Source: Candidatus Woesearchaeota archaeon (lineage in GTDB: Archaea; Nanobdellota; Nanobdellia; Woesearchaeales; JACQSR01). From it: a stretch of DNA of 64,000 nucleotides. Shown here one piece after another: positions 18,031 through 27,822 of this stretch; position 1 is the stretch's first letter; every line of letters starts with the position of its first letter. The notes beneath the pieces were generated by a model. The model did not search any database and was not told the origin of the DNA. It saw nothing but the letters and a program-made list of their open reading frames with translations. The stretch covers positions 14,980 through 78,979 of the forward strand of contig JACQSR010000014.1 of assembly GCA_016211215.1 (NCBI GenBank). The letters run 5' to 3'. The position numbers were made by a program, and so were the translations under genes.

Positions 18031-19648
18031 TTTCCCCCTTCCCTATTTTTGCAAACTCCTCGTCGTATTCTATGTTCTCCATCTCAACTGACTCGATCTG
18101 GCCGCGCGTCTTTTCCAGAATTTCAGCAAGAAGGCTCTCGACATTCTTCCTTTCGGAGTCTTTTACCTTGAGAAGCTCCTGGAGAGCCTCGCCTATGTAT
18201 GGGATGTAAGTCTCTATGTAGCCGCGCTTTTTGGATTCGTACTGGACCTTTTTCTTTTTTCGTATGTAAATTCCAAGCTGCCTTCCAACTTCCTGCAATG
18301 CAAGCTTGACCTCCTTCAGGATTTCAGGATAATGGGCAATTGCCTCCTTGCTTTCCGAAGTAAATGGAACCCATACGGAGCAGATATGCACGACAATGGA
18401 GCATGGGCCAACGGGAAGTGAACTCTGGCTTTGGCTTAAGCTGTAATTTCTCCAGTCTGTTTGAGTGCCGGCGCGCGTGATTGCGCATGCACCCTGCTGA
18501 TACAACAATGGAACACGGTTTGCAAAGCGAAGGAGCCTAATGGGCGCATCTGCCTCCTGCTGGCCGCCGTATGCTATTCCTGCCTCGATTATGAAAGGAT
18601 TCCCGCGGTAAACTGACGGAGGCCTTGTCACTGTTGCATAGAATTCCGCATTCACTTCTTTCTTGAGGCCTTTTTCAAGCAGCTCGGAGCCGATTGGAGA
18701 AATGCAGTCAGTTGGAGGGGCAATGATTTTAGTTTTTGCAATGCCCTGTATGAATCTTTCGGCCATCTCCCTTGTTATTTCCTTTGGCTTTGTTTCGGGC
18801 GGAATTGCCGAGTTCTGGCAGATTTCCTTTGCCGTGTTATTGCCCACCCTTGAAAACTCGTTCATCAAAAAGCTCTGAAGCGTCCTTGCTTCCGTGAACT
18901 TGAGCATGTCCATGAGAACGCCGAGCTCGACGCCATAAGGATGCGGCTTTATTTCCTCGGCTTTCTTCGGAAGGACTTCGGTTGCCCTTGGAAAAATAAT
19001 CTGCTCCGCTTTGGGGTTGGTGTATATAAGCGTAACATGGGGATTTACAATTGCGGTCTGCTTAAGATACTGGTCTATTGATTGCGGGCCCAAAGAGTAG
19101 GAGCCCTCCAGCTCAAGCTCAATCTTTGTGCCCTGGTCCTTGTTCCATTCAACAACCTCTTCCTTGATGATGTCAGGCCGGTTGTTCTGGATATCTATCT
19201 TCAGTTCATAGTAATTTGCAGGATGCTTTGGGCTGATTCTGGAGATTATTTTTGCCGGCTTTCCGGTTGTAAGCTGGGAGTATAAAACGGATGCAGAAAT
19301 TCCTATGCCCTGCTGTCCTCTTGATTGGCTGAGTTTAAAGAATTTTGAGCCGTATAACAATCTTGCAAAGATGTGCGGAATCTGCTTTTTCACAATTCCG
19401 GGGCCGTTGTCTTCTATGATAACACGGAAGCGGTCATTTCCCATGTCTATGACTTCAACGCTGACTTCCGGAAGTATCATTGCCTCCTCGCAGGCGTCCA
19501 GAGAATTATCTACAGCTTCCTTGATGGTGGTCATCAGGGCCTTTTTCTTGTTGTCAAAACCGAGAAGGTGCCTGTTCCTTGAGAAGAATTCCGCAACACC
19601 AATCTCTTTTTGCTTTTTTGCCAGCTCAACTGCAATTGGCTCAGTCAT
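18011..19648 (-). CDS. top6B: DNA topoisomerase VI subunit B (GHKL ATPase)
   Basis: Bergerat-fold motifs ([18 protein letters not shown], GxxGxG), 545 aa. Confidence 0.9.
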   Translation of the reverse strand: MTEPIAVELAKKQKEIGVAEFFSRNRHLLGFDNKKKALMTTIKEAVDNSLDACEEAMILPEVSVEVIDMGNDRFRVIIEDNGPGIVKKQIPHIFARLLYGSKFFKLSQSRGQQGIGISASVLYSQLTTGKPAKIISRISPKHPANYYELKIDIQNNRPDIIKEEVVEWNKDQGTKIELELEGSYSLGPQSIDQYLKQTAIVNPHVTLIYTNPKAEQIIFPRATEVLPKKAEEIKPHPYGVELGVLMDMLKFTEARTLQSFLMNEFSRVGNNTAKEICQNSAIPPETKPKEITREMAERFIQGIAKTKIIAPPTDCISPIGSELLEKGLKKEVNAEFYATVTRPPSVYRGNPFIIEAGIAYGGQQEADAPIRLLRFANRVPLLYQQGACAITRAGTQTDWRNYSLSQSQSSLPVGPCSIVVHICSVWVPFTSESKEAIAHYPEILKEVKLALQEVGRQLGIYIRKKKKVQYESKKRGYIETYIPYIGEALQELLKVKDSERKNVESLLAEILEKTRGQIESVEMENIEYDEEFAKIGKGENDEESE

Positions 19649-20187
19649 AATTTTGAAAACTCCGCTGCCTTAAAGTCTCTCCTCTTCTTTTCAAGCCATT
19701 TATAAACGTTTGCATGCATCGAACCGTTGATTAGAGACTCTATTGCGCGCCTTGCGATTAATGTGTTCTCGGAAAGGCCAATGATGCCGATTGTTTTTCC
19801 GTAGACTGTAATATGGCATTCTGTCAATTCCTCAATTATGGTTCTTGCCTTGCCTTCCTTGCCAATAATACGGCCCTTTATCCTCAAAAGAGAGTTCTTG
19901 CCCTTGACAAAGTCATTCAGGGAAATTGCCTCATAGGCGTAGTCCGGCTTCAGGAGAAGCAATGCTATTTCAGGGTTAAAGCCGCGGCCTACTGCCCTGA
20001 CGACTTCGCGGGATATGAAAAGCCCGAGGGCATCCTCGCCCTTTATGAAAACGTCGCCTTCGTTGGAATCCACTTCGAGACGGGTCCTGGTTGAATCTTC
20101 AATCTCACGCTTAACTTCGCCCTTTTTGCCTATAAGCACAGCAATCCTGTCTCTTGGTATCCTCATCTCGTAAAGAAATTCTGCCAT
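19645..20187 (-). CDS. KH-domain RNA-binding protein (archaeal)
   Basis: Two KH-like GxxG motifs ([25 protein letters not shown]); coupled to top6B. Confidence 0.65.
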   Translation of the reverse strand: MAEFLYEMRIPRDRIAVLIGKKGEVKREIEDSTRTRLEVDSNEGDVFIKGEDALGLFISREVVRAVGRGFNPEIALLLLKPDYAYEAISLNDFVKGKNSLLRIKGRIIGKEGKARTIIEELTECHITVYGKTIGIIGLSENTLIARRAIESLINGSMHANVYKWLEKKRRDFKAAEFSKL

Positions 20188-20238
20188 AAAGCCAAGAATT
20201 AGGCGGCGTTTTATAATATTTTGTTTTTTGGAAAAATA

Positions 20239-20937
20239 TTATTTGGTTTTTATCCTTTTCATCACCATTTCTTCAGATGCCTCTACCCCTATCTTTCTGA
20301 AATAGCTGCACACATTCCTGACATCGCGCTTAAGGTATTCCTCCGCATTTGGATTCTCTGCCGGAGTGCACTGCGACCAGTCAATAATGTATGGCACATC
20401 ATTATCGTTAAGAATGTTGAAGTGGGACAAATCCGCATGCACAAGATTGTTTTTGTACATCTTTTTCATCATTGAGATTATTTCATCGAAGAACTTTTCC
20501 GGGTTTTTTGGGGGCATGTCCTTGAGCTTTGGCGCAGGGTCTCCGATAAGCTCCATGACAAGTATGTTGAACTTTATTGCGATTGGTTTTGGTACATTTA
20601 CGCCGATTTCCCTTGCCTTAAGGAGATTCCTGAACTCGCGCTGGGCCCACGCAAAGATTATCTCGCGGCGCCTTTTTTTCAGGTAATGATACCTAGGGTC
20701 GTATTTTATATAATCATACATCCTGTTGAAGTCGCATGTCTGCAGGCGGTAGATTTTCACGATAACCTTTTCATCCCCCTTTTTTGCAATGAATATGTTG
20801 GCTTCCTTGCCTAAAGTAAGCTGGCCCTGAATTCCGTCAAAATGCCCTTCCGAGATTAGCTTGAAGATGTTCCTGTCCGTGAAGCGGTCAAACACGTTGT
20901 GGTATGTCTTGAACTCCTCCCTGAATTTTTTTGGCAT
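20239..20937 (-). CDS. rio1: RIO-type serine/threonine protein kinase (RIO1-like, no N-terminal wHTH)
   Basis: ATP-binding GKEANIF, catalytic LVHADLSHFNIL, ~232 aa. Confidence 0.8.
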   Translation of the reverse strand: MPKKFREEFKTYHNVFDRFTDRNIFKLISEGHFDGIQGQLTLGKEANIFIAKKGDEKVIVKIYRLQTCDFNRMYDYIKYDPRYHYLKKRRREIIFAWAQREFRNLLKAREIGVNVPKPIAIKFNILVMELIGDPAPKLKDMPPKNPEKFFDEIISMMKKMYKNNLVHADLSHFNILNDNDVPYIIDWSQCTPAENPNAEEYLKRDVRNVCSYFRKIGVEASEEMVMKRIKTK

Positions 20938-21017
20938 GGGTGAATCATCTGCAGGGAGTATAAAAGGGTTGACATGGTCATGTTTGGGGTTTGTGATTAC
21001 TATCTGATAGTTACAAT

Positions 21018-21992
21018 TTGCAAAGTTTTAAAAAAGGTCCTTTGTTACCTTTGCGCATGGCTTACTTAAATACCTCCGACCTTGGAGCTTTTGTGCGGCA
21101 GGAATTGGATGTCAACAGGGGCAGTTATATAATAAGCCGAGAGGGCGTTCAACCTATCACCCTGAAAACAGGCGATTCTCAGAGAATCGGTATTGAAGAT
21201 AAGCTTGTTACTCTAACTGCAACTGACTCAGGATTATTTCTTAAAATTGACAAGGGCGCAAATGTAATCGTAATGCCGTCCAACAGTGTAAGGCTGGCCG
21301 AACCGAGCGGTGAGGTGAAGGAGGAAGGGAGCAAGAGTTATATCCCGGTGTACGACATCAAAGACCTAGTTGTTCCCTCCAAAAATAACGGCAGGTATGC
21401 AACACTTGTTTTTGAGGGAGATGGTGAACTCGGAATATCTAACTTAGCGAAGGAACCTAAAGAAAAAATTTCAGTTAGGTACAACAAACCGGGCGATGCC
21501 GCAGGAAAAGGAATAAAGCAATTTCTTTATAGCACCTTAAGCAATTTGAGGGGTATGTTTTATCCTATCTGTCAAAACCCAAATGAGTTGGTTGTTAAAT
21601 TAGAATATGGAAAAAAGACCATCCCGCTCTCCGGTAATGACAGATACTTTATTGGCAAGAGGAATAAAAAAATAGATATGCCTCTTGCTGCCAGCAAATA
21701 TATGGGGCTTGACGGCAAACTTATGGAAAAGCAAAGTGTGTTGCTGAGGATTAAGGATGGAAAAGCCTCCCTTGAATTTACCACACCAGAAGAATATCGC
21801 GGAGAGGCATCGTTGAAGCCAGAAGGGAGAAATATTGAATACAGCCTTGATTCCCGCGTAGAGCTTGACCCGAACATATCTGGCACCTGGGAGCTCAGGC
21901 TGGACAGGGATAAAAAGGGCGACAGGGCGAATGTGGTAAAGTTCAGGTTTAAGGGAAGATACTTGCCGCCAATGCCGCCGATTACTGGCTGA
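21018..21992 (+). CDS. Hypothetical protein
   Basis: 324-aa ORF with no recognisable motif; PPMPPITG C-terminus. Confidence 0.4.
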   Translation: MQSFKKGPLLPLRMAYLNTSDLGAFVRQELDVNRGSYIISREGVQPITLKTGDSQRIGIEDKLVTLTATDSGLFLKIDKGANVIVMPSNSVRLAEPSGEVKEEGSKSYIPVYDIKDLVVPSKNNGRYATLVFEGDGELGISNLAKEPKEKISVRYNKPGDAAGKGIKQFLYSTLSNLRGMFYPICQNPNELVVKLEYGKKTIPLSGNDRYFIGKRNKKIDMPLAASKYMGLDGKLMEKQSVLLRIKDGKASLEFTTPEEYRGEASLKPEGRNIEYSLDSRVELDPNISGTWELRLDRDKKGDRANVVKFRFKGRYLPPMPPITG

Positions 21993-22007
21993 AAAATAAG
22001 ATTAATA

Positions 22008-23222
22008 ATGAAAAGTCCCTATAATGCCTATAACAAAATCAAAAAAACAGGAAGGAAAATACTATTAAGTTCCATAATTTCATCCCTTTTCTTAGGCGCG
22101 CTTGGAGTTGGGGGAGAGATTTACTTCAGGCATCTTGCAAAAAAAGAAAGGCCGTGGGAAACTTTGCGGCACCAGGTTCTAAGCGAGGGTTCCCATGTTG
22201 CAAGAAGCTACATTCCCGGATTAAGCTACGTTTTTTCTACAAAGGGGCTTTCTGAATTAAACAGCTGGAGATACCACGACGATGAGTTTGAGGTTCCCAA
22301 GCCCAAAAATACAACGCGTATAACAATCATAGGGGACAGCATGACTGCAGGGCCCGGCGTCAAAGCAGATGAGGCATACCCCAATGTTCTGGAGAAAATC
22401 CTCAGCGAGCATTCAGATAAAAAAATTGACGTCGTAAATTTGGGCGTTGTGGGCTACAGTACTTTGCCGTCGTACGCAACAATGAAGCACACTGCAATCC
22501 CCCTTCTGGAGCCGGATATGATAATTTACGCCTTTTACGTAAACGACCTTTCAGATACAGACCTGAATTTCATGAGGCATGCGGAGAATTTCGTAGGAAA
22601 AGACGGGGATTTTATGAAAGATTCCCAAAAATATCAAATGCGCTGCCTAGAAAAGGATACTTTTTTGGACAACAAAACGGATTTGGGCATTTTAGGCGAG
22701 CTGGCATTTTTTCTGGAGAATAATTCCTCATTTTATTCTGAGTTGAAATACCGGGCAGGCATTTTGCGCTACGAACAAATACTCCCTGCCGTAAATAGCA
22801 TCACCAAATCTATTGACTCTGAATCAAAAAGGAAAAAGTTTTGGAAAATGCTAAGGGGCATGCCTTATTTTTATCCCCATGCGCCAATTTGCAGGGATTA
22901 CGCAACAACCTACAAGGCAATGGAAGGCATGGCAGAACTCGCCAATGAAAAGGGCATAGGCTTTATGGTACTGGATGTTTCCGGGATAGGGAACATGAGC
23001 CATATGTTAAGCAAGGATTTCATGGAATATTTCTCCTCCCATAACCCACCTGTAAAGGTGTATTCGCCGAGGGATGATGTAAATCAAAGGGCTGAAAAAA
23101 GAGGTCTTAATCCTAACGAGCTTTGCTTTGAAGGCGACCCCCATTTAAGCCCCTTGGGGCATGAATTGATAGCAGAATCCGTTGGAAACTACCTTGTACA
23201 GAACGGCCTTCTTGGACATTAA
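22008..23222 (+). CDS. Membrane-anchored SGNH/GDSL-type hydrolase
   Basis: N-terminal TM helix; ITIIGDSMTAG block I with catalytic Ser; DPHLSP near the C-terminus resembles block V (DxxH). Confidence 0.5.
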   Translation: MKSPYNAYNKIKKTGRKILLSSIISSLFLGALGVGGEIYFRHLAKKERPWETLRHQVLSEGSHVARSYIPGLSYVFSTKGLSELNSWRYHDDEFEVPKPKNTTRITIIGDSMTAGPGVKADEAYPNVLEKILSEHSDKKIDVVNLGVVGYSTLPSYATMKHTAIPLLEPDMIIYAFYVNDLSDTDLNFMRHAENFVGKDGDFMKDSQKYQMRCLEKDTFLDNKTDLGILGELAFFLENNSSFYSELKYRAGILRYEQILPAVNSITKSIDSESKRKKFWKMLRGMPYFYPHAPICRDYATTYKAMEGMAELANEKGIGFMVLDVSGIGNMSHMLSKDFMEYFSSHNPPVKVYSPRDDVNQRAEKRGLNPNELCFEGDPHLSPLGHELIAESVGNYLVQNGLLGH

Positions 23223-23511
23223 CCACTCTAAAATGAGTACACATCGAAAAGTTTATATATAAGTTAGGACTATAGAATGGTAACGAAAAAGGGTGGGGGT
23301 GGAAAGCTCTTCTGGAGCTTTAAAGGTCATTAAAGGTTCACGATTATATAAACACCTCTTTTCCCCGTGAATAGTTCCTCACGGAGCTATTTGCGGGGTT
23401 TCATGCTTCTAGAAGGCTTATTTGGTCTTATTTCTGGCTTAAGTGTTATAATCTCAATTTGGAAATATATAAATATAACTTGTTCTTATCTATACGTATA
23501 GGTGCGCATAA

Positions 23512-23724
23512 ATGCTTACAAAAGAGGATTTACTAATCACAAAGCATGCACAGGATAAAATGAACATTGAGGGAATCTCGGTAACACAAATAATAGAGGC
23601 GTTGGAAAGGGGCTCGAAGTTCGAGCAGACGGAGGGGTTGTTAAGCGTTTACAGATATTTTTCAGTTGCATACAGGAGAATAGACACAAAATACATAATA
23701 AAAACCGTGTTTGTAAACAGGTGA
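23512..23724 (+). CDS. DUF4258-family toxin-like protein (paralog of 2511..2798)
   Basis: ITKHAQDKMNIEGISVTQIIEAL...YIIKTVF; overlaps the downstream gene by 4 nt. Confidence 0.55.
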   Translation: MLTKEDLLITKHAQDKMNIEGISVTQIIEALERGSKFEQTEGLLSVYRYFSVAYRRIDTKYIIKTVFVNR

Positions 23725-24059
23725 TAGGAATGAAATGCGTATCATGCGGTGAATCGGAAATGGTCAAAAAGAAAGTCGAATACAACCAGTTTGGAATTCA
23801 TTTTGGGGATTATGATGCAATTGTATGCCCAAAATGCAATGAGACGATTTTTGAAGGACAGGTGAGTGAACAGATAGAAAAAAAGGCAAAGGAGCTGGGG
23901 ATTTGGGGATTGTCGAGAAAGACAAAGATTGGAACTTCCGGTTCTTCCCTCGACGTGAAAATTCCAAAGCAAATTGCAGAATTCCTGCACCTAAAAAAGG
24001 GCCAGGAGGTCATTATTGAGCCTGCAGGGAAGAATAAGATTGAGGTTTCGGTAGTGTGA
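23721..24059 (+). CDS. Antitoxin-like Zn-ribbon::AbrB/SpoVT-fold protein (paralog of 2212..2514)
   Basis: CVSCG...CPKC plus C-terminal SLDVKIPKQIAEFLHLKKGQEV; same architecture and gene order as the 2.2-2.8 kb locus. Confidence 0.6.
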   Translation: MIGMKCVSCGESEMVKKKVEYNQFGIHFGDYDAIVCPKCNETIFEGQVSEQIEKKAKELGIWGLSRKTKIGTSGSSLDVKIPKQIAEFLHLKKGQEVIIEPAGKNKIEVSVV

Positions 24060-24064
24060 AATGT

Positions 24065-24553
24065 CTACTTTGGCATCTTAGGGGGTTTAGGAACCCTTCC
24101 CTGAAGCCCGCGTTCGATTTCTTTTAGACCCTTCCAGTATTCGTCTGCTGATTTGCGCATCTCCCTAACTTCTTTCTCATAGGCAGTTAATGCGTCAAGG
24201 CCATGCTGCCCAAAAGACATAGCAAGTAGTTGCCTCACTTTGTCGGCATCTGTTTCATTGTAACCTGAAGGTATTAAGGGATTCTCGTATAAAACATTCC
24301 CATTTGCATCTGAAATTTTTCTAACCGCCACACCTTCTCCAACAAAGAGTATACCTTCTCCTTCCTTTGACTCGGGGAAATTAATATGAAATACAACGTA
24401 AGGTGACGACACAAAACTAAATATTCCTGTTTTGGCGTAATCTTGCCCATTCCGGCAATACTCAACCTGAACTACTTGGTCTACATGAGTAAACAAGCGC
24501 TCCATCTCACCAACCATTCTGTCTACCAAACTTGGCCCTTGCGAAATTCCCAT
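24065..24553 (-). CDS. Hypothetical protein
   Basis: 162-aa ORF; no motif recognised. Confidence 0.35.
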   Translation of the reverse strand: MGISQGPSLVDRMVGEMERLFTHVDQVVQVEYCRNGQDYAKTGIFSFVSSPYVVFHINFPESKEGEGILFVGEGVAVRKISDANGNVLYENPLIPSGYNETDADKVRQLLAMSFGQHGLDALTAYEKEVREMRKSADEYWKGLKEIERGLQGRVPKPPKMPK

Positions 24554-24944
24554 TATTTAAGCGAGAAGCATTGGAGTATTAATACATCTGTATGCAAGAG
24601 TATATATTCTCTATATAGAAAATAAACAAACCCAAAGATTTTTAAATCAATGGAGATTATAGGGTTATAGTTGGCGAAAGCCAGCTGCCCGTCACGAGAG
24701 TACTCAACGGAGCTTACGCTAAATGCAAGCCATGAACTTGAGGGTTAGTGATGCGGGCATCATTATCATCGAGAAAGAGGAAATTGGGGCAGGTTAGCTA
24801 TCATGTGTCATCCGGTTTTTGCGTTCAAAGATACATAATTGATGGTAACTTGTTCTTAGAGCAGAGGAGTACATCATGATCATGTGTTCACCCATTCATT
24901 GGATGACGTGGTAGAGAGTACTCCTTCTAAAAAACAAACGGGGG

Positions 24945-26222
24945 TTGAACAAAATGGGAAAGATAAGTCCAGTATCTTCCAAGTACATCATACACTCATC
25001 AATCGACATTGAGGGAGTTGTTGACAGGCCAGATGTTATAGGGGCAATTTTCGGGCAGACCGAAGGGCTTCTTGGAGCTGAGCTTGAGCTTAGGGAATTG
25101 CAGAGAAGCGGAAGGATTGGAAGGATAGAGGTAAATGTTGACACTAAAACCGGAAAGACCAAAGGCACCATTATCGTGCCGTCATCACTGGACAAGGCAG
25201 AGACTTCCATTGTTGGTGCGGCGCTTGAAATCATCCAAAGAATAGGCCCATGCAACGCAAAGATAGCGGTGCAGAAAATAGAGGATGTAAGAATAAGCAA
25301 GAGGGCGTTTGTGATTGAGCGTGCAAAGGAGCTTCTGAAGACCATGATGGAAGACACCATGCCAGATTCGCAGGAGCTTGCGGACGAAGTTGCATATTCT
25401 GTAAGAGTTATGGAGATTACAGAGTACGGGAACGAAAGGCTTCCGGCAGGGCCTGCAATAGATGAAAGCGTTGAGGTTATTGTTGTGGAGGGCAGGGCAG
25501 ACGTGCTTAACCTGCTGAAGCATGGATTCAAGAATGCAATTGCGGTAAACGGCACTTCAGTACCCCAAGATATAATTGACCTAACCAAGAGAAAAGTGGT
25601 AACTGCATTTGTTGATGGCGACAGGGGCGGAAACCTAATCCTAAAGGAGCTGTTCAATGTGGCTGACCTGGATTATGTAACAAGGGCCCCTGCAGGAAAA
25701 GAGGTTGAAGAGATAACCAAAAAGGAGATTCACAAGGCCATCAGAAGCAGGATTTCTGCAGAGCAGGCCAAGCTTGAGATTGGAAAGGACATTGACAGGA
25801 TTGATGACAGCCCTAGAAGGCAGCTCTTCCAGCAGCAGAAAAGGCCATTGATGCCGGCAAGACCGCCAATGATGGCACAAAGGCCACCGGTTCCTGTTGC
25901 AGCACCGAGAAGGATGCAGGCAAATCCGCAGGAAGCAAAGGCGTTCAAGGCTATGCTTGAGAACCTTATCGGTACAAGGGGCGCGCAGCTTTTGGACGAA
26001 AAGCTGAATGTTATGGGCAAGGTTCCACTGAGCGAGCTTGGCAGCACAATTGCAAGCCTGGGCAAAGGAGTGTATGCGGTTGTACTTGACGGCACGATTG
26101 AGAGGGAGCTTGTGGGAACGTGCGAAAAAACAAACGTGCAGTACCTTGTGGGGATGGACAGCAGGGTGGCAAGCAGCGAGACAAGGATTAACATACTGAC
26201 CGCAAGCAATTTGCAGCAGTAA
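24945..26222 (+). CDS. dnaG: Archaeal DnaG-like primase / exosome-associated Toprim protein
   Basis: Toprim motifs VIVVEGRADV ... FVDGDRGG; Pro/Gln-rich C-terminal tail. Confidence 0.8.
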   Translation: MNKMGKISPVSSKYIIHSSIDIEGVVDRPDVIGAIFGQTEGLLGAELELRELQRSGRIGRIEVNVDTKTGKTKGTIIVPSSLDKAETSIVGAALEIIQRIGPCNAKIAVQKIEDVRISKRAFVIERAKELLKTMMEDTMPDSQELADEVAYSVRVMEITEYGNERLPAGPAIDESVEVIVVEGRADVLNLLKHGFKNAIAVNGTSVPQDIIDLTKRKVVTAFVDGDRGGNLILKELFNVADLDYVTRAPAGKEVEEITKKEIHKAIRSRISAEQAKLEIGKDIDRIDDSPRRQLFQQQKRPLMPARPPMMAQRPPVPVAAPRRMQANPQEAKAFKAMLENLIGTRGAQLLDEKLNVMGKVPLSELGSTIASLGKGVYAVVLDGTIERELVGTCEKTNVQYLVGMDSRVASSETRINILTASNLQQ

Positions 26223-26237
26223 AACTTTAATAGGGGG

Positions 26238-26699
26238 ATGCAAATCCCCTTTTCTATGTTTTTTGTCCATATCATTCTTCCGTTGATTTTGGGAAAACTC
26301 CTGGGAAGCTACTGGTTTCTGATTGCAGGTTCGCTTATTGTGGATATAGACCACCTGGTTTTGCTGATTAAGAACAGGCACTACAACCTAAGGGAATGCA
26401 TTGATGTACTGAAGCATGAGGAAAAATATGGCGAACGCCTAAGAAGCCCTTACCTGCATTCATTTTTGGGTATGATTGCCACAAGCCTGGCCGTTGGACT
26501 GCTGTTCTCATTGACCGGGGCAATTTACTATGCGATAGGCTATCTGGCGCACCTGATTATTGACTTATTCGACAAGGACGTAATGTACATACTATTCCCC
26601 TCAAAAATAAAATTCAACGGAACTCTGCCGGTGCCGTCGCATGTGGAATTTGCGCTTACGGTTTTCTTTACTGCGTTTATGGTTATACTGTTTTTTTAG
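26238..26699 (+). CDS. Small integral membrane protein (DUF457 / membrane-bound metal-dependent hydrolase-like)
   Basis: Four TM helices; IDHLVLLI and HSFLGM motifs resemble the DUF457 family. Confidence 0.45.
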   Translation: MQIPFSMFFVHIILPLILGKLLGSYWFLIAGSLIVDIDHLVLLIKNRHYNLRECIDVLKHEEKYGERLRSPYLHSFLGMIATSLAVGLLFSLTGAIYYAIGYLAHLIIDLFDKDVMYILFPSKIKFNGTLPVPSHVEFALTVFFTAFMVILFF

Positions 26700-26707
26700 G
26701 GGCATTA

Positions 26708-26869
26708 AGCTTAGTAGAAAACTCCGCTACGCTACGGGTTAGCAGCTTCGAGATTATTCTGTCTTTAGTGATAATTGACATTTCCCGTAGGGAGCGTCCC
26801 CTTTGTCAATGATTATGTAATCGCAAAGAATCTCGACTTTAGGCTGCTAACCTGCTTTTCTACTAAGCT
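26708..26869. repeat. Structured ~162-nt element, copy 1 (outer IR AGCTTAGTAGAAAA / TTTTCTACTAAGCT)
   Basis: Perfect 14-bp terminal IR; conserved TTAGCAGCTTCGAG ... CTCGACTTTAGGCTGCTAA; central TCCC-GTA-GGGA hairpin. Begins 9 nt after the stop of 26238..26699. Confidence 0.7.
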
Positions 26870-27819
26870 GCACATTCATTCAGCAGGCATACCTTGTCCC
26901 TGATTGCAGATGCAGTCTGCAATCCTGAGAATTTCATGCGGTTGTTGACCACAAAAGCAGGTGATGATGTTATGTCGAGCTCCCGCGCAATCCCGGAATC
27001 AGGCGGAGCCCGGATGGTGTTTATCCTTAAATTTCCCGAGAACATTTTTTTAACTTCGTTAATGACCTTCTCCACGGCACCAAAAGAAGTGTCTTCCGGA
27101 TATACAAAAACTTCAAGGGTGTTTTTTGTTTCAGAGCGCCTGAAATAGTAGGGCGAGCCTGTTGCAGTGGATTTCATTATGAATGAATCATCCTGCTCAT
27201 CCAATGCGCGCCTGAAATCCCCAAAGTTAGCTGACTTGGTGATATTTCTGTCAAAAATGTATGCGGGCAGTGATTTCAGGCTTGGAGACAATGAAATTCC
27301 CTCCGGGGATGAAATATCCACCTCATTGAACTTTGCCCCGGGAAACAGCTTGACGATGACGCCTTTCATGCGGTCAGTGCTGCAATAACTGCAATTTTTG
27401 TCGTTTACAACCAGCACTTCAACATCATTTATAGGTAAATTGGACGGCTGCCCGTCTTGGGTCTTGCCGTAGCTGAACAGAAAAAATATCGCGAGAATGA
27501 CAAGCGCGCCTATTATAACCCATTTCCAGACCCCATGTTCTTCAGGCTCTTCCGGCAAATCCTCGGCGGCGGTTATGGTGACAGAATCAATCTCTGGCTT
27601 CTCTTCAGGGATTTCCTCAACAACCTCTTCTTCGCCATTTACCTCGGCAATATCCTCCGGCTTTTGCTCAGGCACTTCGCTCGCCTCAGACATCTCGGAC
27701 CTGCGCTCCTCAATCTCCTGGAGCTTTGCCTCATATTCCTCCTCGGAGATTATTCCCGCCTCGAGGCTTTCGTTGAGGAATTTTATCTCTCTTTCTAAGT
27801 TCAAGGCGTCATTTTCCAT
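26863..27819 (-). CDS. Membrane-anchored thioredoxin-fold (DsbA-like) protein with an acidic N-terminal region
   Basis: CSYC (CxxC) active-site motif; TM helix WKWVIIGALVILAIFFLF; Glu-rich cytoplasmic N-terminus. Confidence 0.5.
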   Translation of the reverse strand: MENDALNLEREIKFLNESLEAGIISEEEYEAKLQEIEERRSEMSEASEVPEQKPEDIAEVNGEEEVVEEIPEEKPEIDSVTITAAEDLPEEPEEHGVWKWVIIGALVILAIFFLFSYGKTQDGQPSNLPINDVEVLVVNDKNCSYCSTDRMKGVIVKLFPGAKFNEVDISSPEGISLSPSLKSLPAYIFDRNITKSANFGDFRRALDEQDDSFIMKSTATGSPYYFRRSETKNTLEVFVYPEDTSFGAVEKVINEVKKMFSGNLRINTIRAPPDSGIARELDITSSPAFVVNNRMKFSGLQTASAIRDKVCLLNECAA

Positions 27820-27822
27820 GGT

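Noticed and set aside
23222-23511. Intergenic hairpins (AAAGCTC-TTCTG-GAGCTTT and CCCCGTGAATAG...TGCGGGG) as possible C/D-box or other sRNA
   Set aside because: No canonical C (RUGAUGA) or D (CUGA) box pair at the right spacing. Probably a terminator or promoter-region structure, with insufficient evidence for a gene.
24896-26381. Long antisense or alternative-frame ORFs (24896..25657 -, 25641..26381 -, 25730..26275 -) overlapping dnaG
   Set aside because: Low-complexity Ser/Cys/Leu-rich translations typical of antisense frames of a real gene. dnaG on the + strand has clear Toprim motifs.
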